DNA of 63,870 nucleotides, counting the filler, from Dugesia japonica (taxonomy: Eukaryota), in the NCBI GenBank assembly GCA_001938525.1. It is 5 parts of 5 records of this genome, joined end to end, with 100 filler letters (N's around TTAATTAATTAA, not from the genome) between each part and the next. Parts side by side here need not be neighbours in the genome. Positions count along the whole stretch, not along the records: positions 1 to 19,309 come from MQRL01167180.1; positions 19,410 to 30,672 come from MQRL01595923.1; 3 more parts are not named here. One strand, given 5' to 3'. Position numbers and translations under genes: made by a program. Positions within the stretch are counted from its first letter, which is position 1. Each line of letters begins with the position of its first letter. This document shows positions 14,400 to 27,529 of the stretch, piece after piece. The notes below the pieces were generated by a model. That model searched no databases. It saw nothing but the letters and a program-made list of their open reading frames with translations, and was not told the DNA's origin.

Positions 14400-15535
14400 A
14401 TATATTAATTTATATGTCATTTTGAAGCGGAAATCCAATTCTACATTACACAAGTAACATTTTAATTTCATTACTATTTTTTGTGAAATATTATTTTTGG
14501 AAGATATGTTGGATAAATATCAAATACGAGCAATATTTCTATATGAATTTAAACTGGGATCTAAAGCAGCAGAGACGACTCGGAAAGTCAATACTGCATT
14601 TCCCAATGAAACTGGAAAAGAAAGAACAGCGCAATTTTCGTTTAAAAAATTGAAGAGTGGAAATGAGAGCCTTGAAGATGGCGAAGGTTGGAAAGGTCCA
14701 TCAGAAGCTAGCAAAGACGATTTGAAGGTAATGATCGAAGCAGGTCCACGCGCAACAACTCAGGAGTTTGGCAAGAATTTAGGCGTAAGTCATGTAAAAG
14801 CTTTATACCACCTCCATTAACTTGGAAAATTACGGAAGCTGAATAAATGGGTTCCGCATGAATTGAACGATTTTTAGACAAACCGCCGTTACGAGATCTT
14901 CTCGGCAAATCTGTTTAGAAATAAAACCAATCCATTTCTTGATTGAATTGTGACATTCGACGAAAAATAGATTGTATACGACAATAGAAAGCAAGCATCG
15001 CAATGTAGGACAAAGACGAAGCACTATATCCTTTTCAAAAGCTAAAATTGCGTCAATAAAAAGCATTGATGACGGTTTGGTTGTTTACAGCCAGTCTGGT
15101 TCATTACAACCTTTTAAATCTAAGTGAAACCATGAAGGTAGAAAAATATTGTCAAGAAATTGACAAAATGCACCGCAAATTGAAATCTATGTGTGCTGCA
15201 TTAGTTAACAGAAAACTTCCCATTATTCTTCACGACAATGCTCGTCCACACGTCGCAAAACTATCCCTTTAGAAACTAAATGACTTAGGATTTGAAAGTC
15301 TGCCTCATCCATCATACTTCCCAGACCTGTCGCCAACCGACTATCAATTTTTTTTATCATCTCTCAAATTTTCTTCAAGAGAAAGTCTCCCATAACAACG
15401 ATGTTAAAATGTCTTCTTAGAGTTCGTGGAATCCAGGACAGCTGATTTCTAATTTATTGGCATAAATAAACTTATTTCTCGTTGGGAGAAATGTATTGAT
15501 TGTAATGGTTCATATTTTGAATAAAATATCTTTAT
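14400..15535 (+). mobile_element. Mariner transposon, near full length, pseudogenised transposase
   Basis: FLYEFKLG..AAET HTH start, WVPHEL, IVTFDEK, LHDNARPH and HPSYFPDLSPTDY motifs, with stops and frameshifts. Confidence 0.92.
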
Positions 15536-15539
15536 GTTT

Positions 15540-15985
15540 TCCGAGATTTGTCTTGCTAGAAAATCAACAGCAGTCTGATCTCTAGAATCTTTGAATAGAA
15601 CCAAATATATCACGTTTAAATTGCGGACACTATGACAACTCCCTGATGATAAAGATTTTGAGTGATAAATATCACAGTCATATTACGAAGTGTTGATATT
15701 TTTATCAAAAAAATTGTTGAAATATTTTTCTTTACAGATACAGATCTTCAACAACAATAATATCCTCTGATCTCAATCCTTTGCTCCAATTTTTATCAAA
15801 AGCATTTATAATTTTCATTTTAATATTACAAAATTAAGATTGAGTCAGACCATTCTCGTCATCGCATCTCTATGCCATTATATTTTTTTTAATTTTGACT
15901 TGAATAAATATGATTTCAATAATTTACATACAAAGATTTCCAACTTCCAATAGGCGCAACAATTTGATAGACTGCATCATTTCTT
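15540..15985 (-). pseudogene. Polinton/Maverick FtsK-like packaging ATPase remnant
   Basis: Manual translation: Walker A-like IVAPIGSWKS, Walker B-like IIVVEDL, then RNMTVIFITQNLYHQG and NLNVIYLVLFKDSRDQ..DFLARQI, characteristic of Polinton ATPases. Not in the ORF track. Confidence 0.85.
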
Positions 15986-16814
15986 AATTTTTCCATCTTG
16001 TTTTTAAATTTATTAATAATTCAGTATATTCTTTATATTTGTTTAACAGATCAATTAAATTAATTCCATCTAAACCCCAACGTTTCTCATTAATTCATTA
16101 TTTGTCATTAATTATGATAACTTATATTAATTTCAGAGGTGAAGTGTCACAAGAGAATGAGCTTTTGAATATGTAAACAATAACAATTCTAGGTTAAAAG
16201 TGACATGTATACGATTACTTTCCAATTTTGAATGTCTGAAATCTAGGATGATTGATATATTATCAAATAATTATTCAATTATAGTTTTGCAAAATTTCGA
16301 GAAATAGATATCTATGTGGTTTTTTTGTCGCATCTTAAAATGATTCAAAATGAAAATGTTGACTAAATTCAATCTACTTACAAATAACCAAACCGGCCGT
16401 TTTTAGGGACGAAATTTGTTGAGTGGTAAAGTAAAATTGTTTTTTTATATATAAAGAATTTAATAAAGTTGTTTTTTATTATATAAAACTTATTACATTT
16501 TTATAGAAATTTATTAAATTTTGTCGTTTTTTTAGTTTTATATCATACGGTTTCTATGGAGATTTGTTTATTCTTAAGGTGTATTTATACAGTAATTTTA
16601 AGTCATGTAGGGTTTTGTGTTTATATAATCTAATGAACCTGTTAAACTCCAAACATGATAAGCTAACTAATAGAAATATACATAGACTTCACTGTTTGAA
16701 TATTTTTTTACTAGATATACTTTAAAAAAAAACGTTCCACGCTTTTATTATTTTTTAAAAAAAAGTTCCACTTTAAATATTTTGTCACGTAAATATCATG
16801 TGTTTGAATTGTAA

Positions 16815-16935
16815 TATTACCATAATTAGATTTATGGTAATATGAAATTAAAAATAGTAATATAAAATTAAACAATCAATAAAAATAATGGTTGTTTAAT
16901 TTTGTATTACTATTTTTAATTTCATAATAACATAA
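16815..16935. repeat. Long AT-rich hairpin (inverted repeat)
   Basis: ~38-bp arms TATGAAATTAAAAATAGTAATATAAAATTAAACAA / TTGTTTAATTTTGTATTACTATTTTTAATTTCATA, plus an overlapping small hairpin TATTACCATAA...TTATGGTAATA. Confidence 0.8.
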
Positions 16936-17700
16936 TTGAATATAAGGTATATTTGAAATTTAAAAATGATGAGTATTTATTATTTATTTTATTCGTTAAT
17001 TAAATTTTAAATGAAATTTTTTTAAAGTTAATTTAATTTAGATAAATCTATTAAAAGATGGTTAAAGGTTCTATTATTATATGGTCTAAGATGTTTAAAG
17101 GTTCCATTAATTATGTCAAAGTTGGTTAAAATGAGGCAAAGATGTCTAATTTATGCTAAATGATATAAAATATGACATACATTGAATAGGTAACAGTTGC
17201 GTTGGAATTCCTTACCATTTTGCGAATCCACGTCTTGCCATTATTGACGATAATGACTTATTGTTTAAAAACATTTGTATCGGTGTTCAATTTGTGACTG
17301 GATATGAACGGTTAGAAAACTGCTAACGGAAATGCACAAGTTGAATCGAGCTGAACATAGTTAAAACTTTGCACGCTGTTTGATAAGTTCAATTATGAAC
17401 GGTTTAGGTCGTATGCTAGCAGTTTACGATTTGAGACCCGACGTGAACAGTCTAAATAACTGCCGGGCTGTACATCTTCGGAGGATCCTATATAATGGTA
17501 ATAAAGTAAAAACAAGACTGTTAATGAAACAACGCATGAAAATAATTATTAATAGTTTATTGAATTGAACTGATTAAGTTATAAAAATTTAATTAATGTC
17601 TTATTTCATAGACTCCACACTTTGAAATTTCGATAATTTAAATATCTCTGTGGATATAGACGGTCCTAAGCATTTAGACTGCCCTTAGCATATATATATA

Positions 17701-17822
17701 TGAACATATTATTGAACATATTATTGAACATATTATTGAACATATTATTAAACATATTATTGAGAATATTATTGAACATATTATTGAACATATATTTAAA
17801 TATATTATTGAACATACTATTA
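17701..17822 (+). repeat. 12-bp tandem repeat (TGAACATATTAT)n
   Basis: About ten imperfect copies. Confidence 0.9.
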
Positions 17823-17852
17823 AATACTTTTAAATACTTTTAAATAAAAAAT

Positions 17853-18246
17853 TCAAAACCCAAATGGTAAAGTTGTAATACCATCATTTAATATAAATCT
17901 TTTATCATCAAAAGGGGTTAGAGACTTCTTTAATTGTTTAGTTTCTTTTACTACATGTAATGTGGAATCAATAGAATAATTTGTTCCTTTGATTGTTTCA
18001 TTATAATACAAAACACTTGAATAATGTTGTTTCTTTAAATTATTAGTTTTGCTTACTCCTTTATATTTTGTAAATTCTTGTTCTTTAACTAAACAATATG
18101 ATTTTGCTTTGATAAAGAAAGCTTCAGTAATTATTTCATTTGGAAATTCATCCTTCATTTGGAAAAGATTACTTCCAAATAAATGTTGAATTTTCAATTT
18201 AAATTCATTCCATGATTGATTAGGAGGAACAAACTCCATCATTAGA
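17853..18246 (-). pseudogene. Polinton protein-primed DNA polymerase B, C-terminal fragment
   Basis: MKDEF...KAKSY...KYKGV...KKSLTPFDDKRFILNDGITTLPFG is the canonical pPolB C-terminus. Confidence 0.9.
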
Positions 18247-19309
18247 AGTAAATCAATAGTAGCGCATGGAGCCACCCCCCTCGCGAGGGAAATTTTTTTT
18301 CGACCGATTTTCCCCACTTATTTTTGTTTAAATGAGGTGAAATTATTTATTTTGTTTAAATGAAGTAAAATTATTGATTTTTTGTTTAAATTAATGAAAT
18401 TAGTGATTCTTTGGTGATTGTTTCTTTAAATTTAATGAAATGAATAATTTTTTAGTTTGTTCAATGAAAAAATATTGAAAATGCTTCGTTTAATTAAACA
18501 AAATTTATCGAATGTGATTTTCTCGTTTTTTTTACATGATTTTTGTGCTCGTTTTTTTTCTACGATTTTTGGGATCAAAATATTTTGGATCGGATCAAAT
18601 TATTTTGATCGGATCAGTTTTTTTATTTAAAAAGTAGGTCAATTTGAGTTTGTGTATGTAGTTGTGTGTGTAAGAGTGGAAAAAACGAGGAGGTGGAGCT
18701 GGAGATCTTGAAACTAATTTTTTGTAAATTTAAAGATTTGGTTGTGATTGGACAAAAATTTGGTCTATATATTGTCTAAAAGACTTAAGAGTTTTGATGG
18801 ATGGTTTTCGCTACAAGGGTAAAAGCGAACGGGCACAGTTGTATTAGTTATCGTGGGTTGTTTTTAGGTAGGCTGTAGGTTCGTATGTGGTAAATGGAAT
18901 TTGTTGTTTGATAGGTTGTTGGAAAGGTAATGTGATGTGGAAGATAATTCATGTCGAATGTTCTTTGATTTTTTTATTTTAAGGGCTTGAATTTGATTGG
19001 TTTATTTTGTAAGTAGTATAAGTGTGTTAAAAGAAATTTCGTGAGGTGGAGGTTGGTATGTATGGAAAGAGAATTAATTATCGGATTTTATAAGATTTAT
19101 TTGAAATTTTTTGTCGGGTGGTTATGACGTCATAATTTTTGAAATCTTTATTTTGGTTAAAAATGCTATATTTTGCTTAAATTGATGAATTTAATAAAAG
19201 TAATGATATTTTTGAGTATTTGATTTATGTTTGGTTATTTTTTTGGTATTTTTGAACAGGTAAGAATTGTTTTTTAATAATTTCGAACGAGGAAAAGGAT
19301 AGCATTTAT
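18247..19309 (+). mobile_element. Polinton-type terminal inverted repeat (left-facing copy)
   Basis: ~18540-19290 is a diverged reverse complement of ~59850-60590, which flanks Polinton integrase and penton genes. Begins AGTA...AGCGCA. Confidence 0.7.
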
Positions 19310-19409
19310 NNNNNNNNNNNNNNNNNNNNNNNNNNNNNNNNNNNNNNNNNNNNTTAATTAATTAANNNNNNNNNNNNNNNNNNNNNNNNNNNNNNNNNNN
19401 NNNNNNNNN
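19310..19409. other. Artificial contig spacer (N44-TTAATTAATTAA-N44); also at 30673-30772, 40059-40158 and 54785-54884
   Basis: The same 100-bp construct, with stops in all six frames, occurs four times. Confidence 0.9.
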
Positions 19410-19415
19410 TTAATT

Positions 19416-19800
19416 AAGGGGAATTGGTGTAATTGTCAAATGCGGCGAACTATGTTAAATCAAAATGTCAAGGACACCGTGGAATAGTACCCATATTACA
19501 AGCATAGTGTTCTATTGTTGATACATCTTGTATACCTTTGCATGGATATGCAACTTTATTATCAAACAAAGACACGTAAACTATTATATAACATGTAGTA
19601 TTGTTTGTCAATTATACACAATGATAAAATCAAGATGTATAAAGCTCTTGGCAAAAAGAATAATCACTATTAACACGTCTCCATGATCCACAAATATAAT
19701 TTTGTTGATACTGCCACACTAGTTAACACTCAAGTGGAAAGCTTGAGTACCAAAATTAAGCGCCGAATAAAAGATTTTAAAGGTGTTGAACGAGACAAGA
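19416..19800 (+). mobile_element. Merlin (IS1595/ISXO2-like) transposase remnant
   Basis: Frameshifted translation: GHRG, IVDTSCIPLHGYATLL, HKYNFVDTATLVNTQVESLSTKIKRRIKDFKGV. Confidence 0.75.
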
Positions 19801-19944
19801 GATGAGTTTATTATTCTTGATACTTATAAAACTTATGCCTTTTCAAAAACGTTTACTTTGTTATGTATAAATAAATAATTATTGTGTTACTTATATTTAT
19901 ATTTTTTTTGTTTTAAATTTTTTTTTTGAAATCAACTTAATTAT

Positions 19945-20330
19945 ACTTTATTAAACTTGCACTTCTATTGCATTTTCTTTGTTTAATTGATAATTTTCAG
20001 CCCTAAAGAGGACTGTCATTCGATAAATTAATCACAATTTGAGGCTTTAATGAGGATCGGTATACGTTTAAATATTTTTCTTTTTGTTTCGTTCTGTTCA
20101 AAAATTTTTTTTGAAGTGTTTACTTTCTTGAAAATTTTTCTTTTTTAATTTTTCTAAAGTTTTTTATTTTCCAATATTTTTTAATTTACTTAATTAAACT
20201 TGGACATGTGTTGCATTTTCTTTGTCGAACTTGTAATTTTTTAGCGCTAAAAAGGACTGTAATTTTCTCAATCACAATATATGATCCTGGAAAGGACCAC
20301 TAGACGTTCACATATTTTCTTTATCTTGTT
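19945..20330 (+). repeat. Diverged ~245-bp tandem duplication, likely Merlin subterminal region
   Basis: TTAAACTTG...TTGCATTTTCTTTG...AGGACTGT...AATCACAAT occurs at ~19951 and ~20194. Confidence 0.55.
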
Positions 20331-23300
20331 TTCAAAACTTTTTAATTTCATTTTTTCCAAATGATTTTTTTGTATTGAAAATTTTTTACAATTTATTTAT
20401 TTAGCTAACTATTTTCAATTTTATTAAAATTTTATTGCTTAGTCGAATTTATTAATAATTGATACGTTATCCCATTGTATCTTGTATTCTCCATTTTGAT
20501 TTCATTATTTCTTCCATCGGTTTTATTATTCTTTGATTTCTTTTGAACTAATCTAGATCTTAATTNNNNNNNNNNNNNNNNNNNNNNNNNNNNNNNNNNN
20601 NNNNNNNNNNNNNNNNNNNNNNNNNNNNNNNNNNNNNNNNNNNNNNNNNNNATTCAGCGTGTAAGTAAATTTTATAGATTTTGATCAGCTCTGATTTTAT
20701 ACAGCTCCGATTTGTAAATTTTTAATACATTTGGATTTGAAATTGAATAAAAACAGAACATCTAATAAACAAATCAATTAATAATGTGTATTAATTATTA
20801 TAATTTAAAATTTAATTAATTACTGATCAAAAATGAATTGTTACACGCCATTAAGTAATTAATGTGAAAACCATGATAAACTCGATGAAGAAGAATTAAA
20901 GACAGTTTTTAATGTTAGTTATCTTGAGATATGAAACATGAAAGAACTGATGTGCCCATGACCAGAAGAATGCAAATTTAAAATTTATCATTGAAATACG
21001 AAATTTCAATACATGATTTTTCAAGATTTTGTCAAGATAGCTTAAACACAAAAATTGAATGACGAATTCCCTCATAAAACTATTATGTTTATCATCGCTA
21101 TTAGTAGTACAGAAGTTGAACAATGAACAGTATTTTCACGATAAAAATATATTTTAATAAAAATTTGTTTAAATGGGCCAACTTTGAACAAGTTCAATCC
21201 GACACCATATGTAAAATGTCCATTTGTTCGGCCTAAGAGGTTCTAAAGAGATCAACTGACATGAAAAGAATGCAAGGTATGGCAGTTTTTTGAATAATAT
21301 TTAATCGTTGTTATTTATTTTAATATAACCTTAATGTCTTAAGTTATAAAAATTGTTCGCTGAATATCAATTTTTTGTCCAAACTGTTTGCTTTATGGAT
21401 ACTTATATCATCTTTTTTGAAAAATAAAAGGTTTTATTACCAGAAAATGTATCAATAAATGCTAAGAAAATTATCAATAAAATTTGGTTTCACGAGAAGC
21501 AGTGAAAGCCTTTTGTCATACATTTTATAGTTTAGTAAAATGTACAACAATTTATAATTTTTAGATTTTTTATATAGACAACGTACAAGAAAATACAAAA
21601 AACTTAGTTTAAAAGCAACACTCTTAAAGAGAAAGAAACACGGTTGTTTTTCGTCCAGTTTTNNNNNNNNNNNNNNNNNNNNNNNNNNNNNNNNNNNNNN
21701 NNNNNNNNNNNNNNNNNNNNNNNNNNNNNNNNNNNNNNNNNNNNNNNNNNNNNNGTAAATTGTTGGAAATCATTAAAAAATATATTGATATTATATTAAA
21801 ACGAATAAATTTTTTATTAAATGACCTCGGAAAACAGAAAAATATCGTTTCCCTTTAAAGATGTCTTCTAAATTTTATATTTATTTTCTTGAATTTATTT
21901 ATTTTTACTTTTTTACAATAACGAATTTCTGACTTTTGATATTCTTATTTCATTTTTTATGTCAATTTAATAATCAATTTCTTTGATGTAAATCTTGAAA
22001 AATATTTTTGATAAACAATCGAACTCAAAAATTAGGTTGAGAAAATATGTTATGAAAATTAATTTTCCTAAAAATAATTTATGCTATTTCCTCAAATTTT
22101 TGCATTGAAAATAATTAATTTAGAAATTATTTATTCACTTAACTTGATAATTTTGATAAAAAATCACTTTTTATTTTTCGAATTACCAAAATTTTCTTTT
22201 TTTATAAATTGTAAATCCAGGGCCGGTGCTAGTGTGGGACCAAATTAAAAACTCAATTTTATTATAACAATAAATCATTTTAATTTTATCGGATTATTTT
22301 ATACTTACAAATAAATATCGTTCGATGATAACATTTTTAGAAAGAGTCGATAATCAAAAGTTGGAATAATTGATAATAAAAACTTTTTTTAATGATGACC
22401 ATTAATGATGAACCATTAAGCAAGCATTTGTATAAATTGTATAAAAAATCATTCGAACAAGATTGTAATAAATAAGCACCGTTTCATATCAGGAATAAAT
22501 TAACACTGTAAAAAGAAATGGACCATGCCTAAAAAATCGTTAAAATTTGTTTATTAATAAAATTTTATAAAAAAATTAATTTTTCAATAGCTTTCTTAGT
22601 CTACGTTTTAGGAAGAGCCATTATTCATTTTAAAACTTATAAAGAGACTACTTAGTACCTGCTCGCACAATTCCTTCTTATTTTTGCATGGCCTTAACTC
22701 ACAACCTCTATTTTCTCGAAGGTACTTTACGGAGTGATAACAAAATCAATAGACCTTCTTCTATTTTTAAAAACACAATTTTTTGTATAACAAATTGCGG
22801 GACAAAGGCAATTACCTCGTACTAACGCCGGGCTTCTAAAAACCTGATAAAATGTTCTGATACACAAAGCGAGTCTCAAAAGTAACGAAACTGGAATAAA
22901 TAATTGGGTGAAATGATATCATAAAATGCTAAGAAAACTTCAGGTAACGAATTTCTTTTTTGTTTTGAACTGTTACCGACATTTAGTAAATGCTTTATTT
23001 ATCAAATTTCCAATTTTTCTTGTTTAAATTAATTTTAAAAGCCTTTAAATAATATAAATAATTATTTTAAATGATATAATTAATTATTTTAAATAGAATN
23101 NNNNNNNNNNNNNNNNNNNNNNNNNNNNNNNNNNNNNNNNNNNNNNNNNNNNNNNNNNNNNNNNNNNNNNNNNNNNNNNNNNNNNNNNNNNNNNNNNNNN
23201 NNNNNNNNNNNNNNNNNNNNNNNNNNNNNNNNNNNNNNNNNNNNNNNNNNNNNNNNNNNNNNNNNNNNNNNNNNNNNNNNNNNNNNNNNNNNNNNNNNNA

Positions 23301-23479
23301 TAATTAATTATTTTATAAATAATTTTACGAAATTCTTTGTAAAAAAGCATTTATATCAAGATTTTAGAAATTATTGCAGGAAAGAATATTACAAGTGTAT
23401 TGATTTTTATTACGAAATATTTTTCAACTGGAATTTTGGACTTCTTCGACTAAAATGAATTGGTCTATTAATTCTATTA

Positions 23480-23880
23480 GCCATTTTTTTGGACATGTTG
23501 AGTTGAAACTTGTATGTAAGCATTTCCCTCAATAATACTTCTTCTCTTTAATCGTTGTATCCATATGTCGTAATAAGTCTCATTTATATACAAATTGTAA
23601 GTAACTAAAATAAANNNNNNNNNNNNNNNNNNNNNNNNNNNNNNNNNNNTTGCTGTGTACAATAACAAATGGTCTAATTTTAATTGATCCAGTTGTAATT
23701 GAACATAGAGCTATCGTTATTTTGAACTCTAGATTGTTTCGAGTATTTTCTAGATAAAATCGTTCTGATAGGAAATGCTTGAAAATAGTCCAGTTTCATC
23801 CAACTTGAGCATGACTTGTAAGTCAATTCCTGCCAATTTTCAACCATCTTTTTTCTATGGCTCATTTTGGACTTTAATTT
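23480..23880 (-). mobile_element. pogo/Tigger-like transposase remnant
   Basis: LDETGLF motif on the minus strand (~23780-23805) within degenerate coding sequence. Confidence 0.5.
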
Positions 23881-24022
23881 TTCTCAATGTCACAGGTAGA
23901 ACCACCCGACCCGCCCCCTGTCCTGGCGGTAAATTTAAATAAAAACATGTTTGCACATAATATTGTTTGTGTGCTTGCTGTACGTTTGTTTATTTTTTCT
24001 ATCCTTAATATAACATTTATCT

Positions 24023-24504
24023 CAGTGTTGAGGAACCTTTAATAAACTGATAATTTTACTGTATGTTTAATCTATCACTAGTAAAACCACTCTATTTTTG
24101 ATCAATGCGAACGTTGAAACCGTTTTCCAGTGCAAAACAGATTGATGCGGGGCTCAATCTTTGAAAGAGAAACACGTAGTTCCTCGTCGATCATTTGAAA
24201 TCTCTCGTGCTTCTTTGACTTAATTTCTGTAAGTACTGAAAATCCAAGCTAGCAAAGATGAGAGCTTCCAAATGATAACAATTCTGTTGTTTTGCTGCTA
24301 AAAGAGGAAACTTGCTGTTTGAAGATGTCCAAAACTTCGAAAGATCTTTTTCAGCGACAATTTGTTGTAAACTAGATCATTATTTAAATCAATCAAGTTT
24401 TATTAAAGATTTCCAGCTTCACACTACCTATAAATGGATTGCAAACCCCCATTCAATTTATATCATATTCAAAAACACGGCGGCGCATCGGTTACTCAAC
24501 ACTG
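24023..24504 (-). mobile_element. Non-autonomous hAT (Buster/Charlie-like) deletion derivative with intact TIRs
   Basis: 15-bp TIRs CAGTGTTGAGGAACC / CAGTGTTGAGTAACC. The interior encodes LSKFW...KFPLLA...SFGSSHLC*LGFSVLTEIKSK...DEELRVSLS...RSH. Confidence 0.85.
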
Positions 24505-24630
24505 TCATCAAAGTATCGATTTTACATCGCACGCAATTATTCGATGGAAAAGTGAATAATTTCGATTGCGTAAAAGTAGAAACGAAGAAACTTATAAACA
24601 ATCTTTCGAATGGTTTGAAACCGATCTAAC
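24505..24630 (-). mobile_element. Mariner transposase fragment
   Basis: VSSFLLLRNRNYSLFHRIIACDVKSIL resembles mariner SLxLRN...FLDRIVTCDEKWI. Confidence 0.6.
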
Positions 24631-24928
24631 ACTGATTTATATTGTAGTAATACAATCAAATTGCGAGATTTTATTATTTTATACAAGAATTATAAAGTTN
24701 NNNNNNNNNNNNNNNNNNNNNNNNNNNNNNNNNNNNNNNNNNNNNNNNNNNNNNNNNNNNNNNNNNNNNNNNNNNNNNNNNNNNNNNNNNNNNNNNNNNN
24801 NNNNNNNNNNNNNNNNNNNNNNNNNNNNNNNNNNNNNNNNNNNNNNNNNNNNNNNNNNNNNNNNNNNNNNNNNNNNNNNNNNNNNNNNNNNNNNNNNNNN
24901 NNNNNNNNNNNNNNNNNNNNNNNNNNNN

Positions 24929-25508
24929 AATTTTTCAAAATCATCTAATCCGTTTAAAAAATGTTCTTCTTGATCTTTGGTATATTCTTTTTCAAAAGCA
25001 ACAGCATGAAAAGATCCAAACGTCTACAAAAAATAACACTTGAGTTTTTTAACTTCAAAATAAAAATTACTAACTTTAGCCCACCATTCGTTAACTAATT
25101 TTATTGAATTTTCATCGGAAGCTCGAACTAAATTGTCAGTATCTACTAATTGATCTAGATATCTGCAAATCATTTCAGAATCAAGTAACTTTTGTCCGTC
25201 TTGCTCAATCATAGGTACTTTACCAGTGGGATTCAAAGTTAGAAACCATTCGGGTTTCTTAAAAATATTAACATAAACTCGATCATGCCTAATAAAATAA
25301 TAAATCATGGTTTATTATAAATAATCTTACTCGATCCTGTGATAAGATAATGTTAATGCAACTCGACGTGAAAAAGGACAGAATTGAAACATAAACAATA
25401 ATAGCTTGTTATTGTCAAAAACTGGTTCAGGCTCGTCTTAAAAAATATTTCAAAAATTTACCTTAATTAAATCACCAAATTAGTACCTTTTTCAAAATGC
25501 TTCAACAT
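24929..25508 (-). CDS. GSTO: Glutathione S-transferase omega class (host gene; 3' part lies in a gap)
   Basis: Spliced model with GT-AG introns of 50, 42 and 51 nt: exons 25508-25487, 25436-25331, 25288-25075 and 25023-<24929. Translation MLKHFEKDEPEP...MFQFCPFSRRVALTLSYH...KPEWFLTLNPTGKVPMIE...DSEMICRYLD carries the omega CP(F/Y) active site and the GKVP motif. Confidence 0.9.
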
Positions 25509-26399
25509 TTAGTATGTATCTATCAATAAAATATCAGATATTGATGTAAAACGAATAGCAGAACCCAAAAAGTCTTTTTGAAATATTAATAACACCAATT
25601 AATGATTTAAATTATTATTCCATTAACATTTAGATAAACAATTCAATTCTAAAATAATTATTATAAATTGTTTTAAACTTGTAACTTATAAAGAATATTT
25701 AGTTAATAAAAATATTTCAAATTCAATTCCCAAAGTGAATTGGAAAATCAAGTCAAAGCTGAATTTTACAGTAGATTTTCTAGTTAACTCATCAATAAAG
25801 AAGAAACTGGGTATCAGAGTGCATACTTAAGAATATGAGGCTTTTCACTATATCTCTAAAGTATGAGTAAAATACTATCCGCAAATAAAATACTTACTTG
25901 TTTTCTAGAATGTGTTTTTGTCATATAAACAAGTGCTTCTCAAGCTTTTTAATATAGAGGACCAGAAGAATTTTTCCATTCCACCTGGAACTGGTTCATT
26001 ATTTTCCTTGTACTGACTTGATAGCGAAATTAGTCCCTTACATTGTAGGATATCCGACATTTGGCATGAATATGGCTTGTTTTTTTACATGTCATCAAAA
26101 AATTTTGAAAATAATAATCTTAAACGTGAATTGGTTATTTACGATAGTTTTCATTTCGTATTTGTGACAACTTTGTGTCATGACCCTCATTTCCTGGGTC
26201 CAGTGCGACTTTTTAATATCGCGTCTTACATTCCCAATGCCGATGTATATGGACTAAATTAATTTTTTTGCTCAGTAGAACTCTTATATATAATTAATCG
26301 ATTGGTAAAACTGGTCATACATAACCAAAAGCAAATGATGACACACATCAATTAACATTTATTTATTTATATTCTAACTATTGAGATCTACAGTAATTT

Positions 26400-27430
26400 A
26401 TTTCTCTTCTTGTTCCTCTTTAGGCGGTTGATAATTTAGCCATAAAATAAGAATATTGGCGAAAACCATTGCTTCGCGATCCNCTTATATTTTGATGATG
26501 TTTGTCATCAGTCGATCAGCCTGCTGCAAGGCTAGCTCCTTTTTTAAGGTGCAGTCACTTTGCTTCGAATTTGGTAAAATGACCCTTAAATCTTAATTTC
26601 GTTGCGTACCTCGCGTTTTTTTGTCTATTTTTTCTGAAGTGCAATCACCTTCTTCTTCAACATCTCGTTGTTGCGTTGTTTATTCATAAAATTAGTTGAC
26701 AATAGATTAATGGTGAACNTATTAACTAANAGAAGAAAGATTTTGAGTATGTAAAAGTTCGTTTAGTCTATTCACACAGTTTAAAACCAAGTCTTCTAGA
26801 CATAAATTCTAATTTATCTAATTTTAGTTGCACATATATAAGTAACTTTTTAACGCAGAAATTAGTGAATTCCCATTCGTTTAACTTTAACTGCACAAAT
26901 CCGATTCCTTAACTCATGTTATCTGATAAATGTAATCACATCTCAATGACTGTTCTCTCACACAACCTCTACTGAAATTTGATCAAGTACTCAATATTTC
27001 ATTTAAATTTAATGTGACATGTCACTTAACATTAAAATTTACTAATGAAAATGCCGAAAGTGTAATTCAATTTATTAGTTATTAAAATTAATCTGACGAA
27101 TGGCACCACTCAGGCTCATTAATTCTCTCAAAATTTTCAGCTCCTCTTCTTTCACTTGTAACTCTTCCACCTCGTTTTCCAGCTTCAACCGACCTACATA
27201 TCCAGAATTCAGGTCATCTAAATTTTTGGCACGTTCTTCGTAGTCACCGCATGTATTTCCATCATCCAATCCCTTTGCAACACGATCACATGTAAATTCG
27301 CTTCTTTTAGTGCCAGTTTAGCTGTATCTAGATTGGCTTTCAGATTCTGAATTTTCAAAGCACAGCATTCTCTTTTTTGGCTATCATTGCTCGTACTTCC
27401 GTCTACTCGATAAAATAACATACGGTTTTG
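26400..27430 (-). pseudogene. Degenerate unknown ORFs (coiled-coil-like), probably Polinton accessory genes
   Basis: ORFs 27218-27421 and 27075-27269 form one frameshifted coiled-coil ORF downstream of, and co-oriented with, the pPolB remnant. Confidence 0.35.
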
Positions 27431-27529
27431 TCATCATAAGGTCAGACGTAATTATTTAATTTCCGATAGTTTTATTGGTGATCATTCATCTGTTAAGATT
27501 ACATATATATGTACTTACTAATATAAGAC

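Noticed and set aside
22219-22836. Possible hAT MITE starting CAGGGCCGGTGCTAG
   Set aside because: The partner end matches only weakly and there is no TSD.
23084-24973. ORFs spanning N runs (23084-23350, 24566-24973 and similar)
   Set aside because: They are open only because of gap characters.
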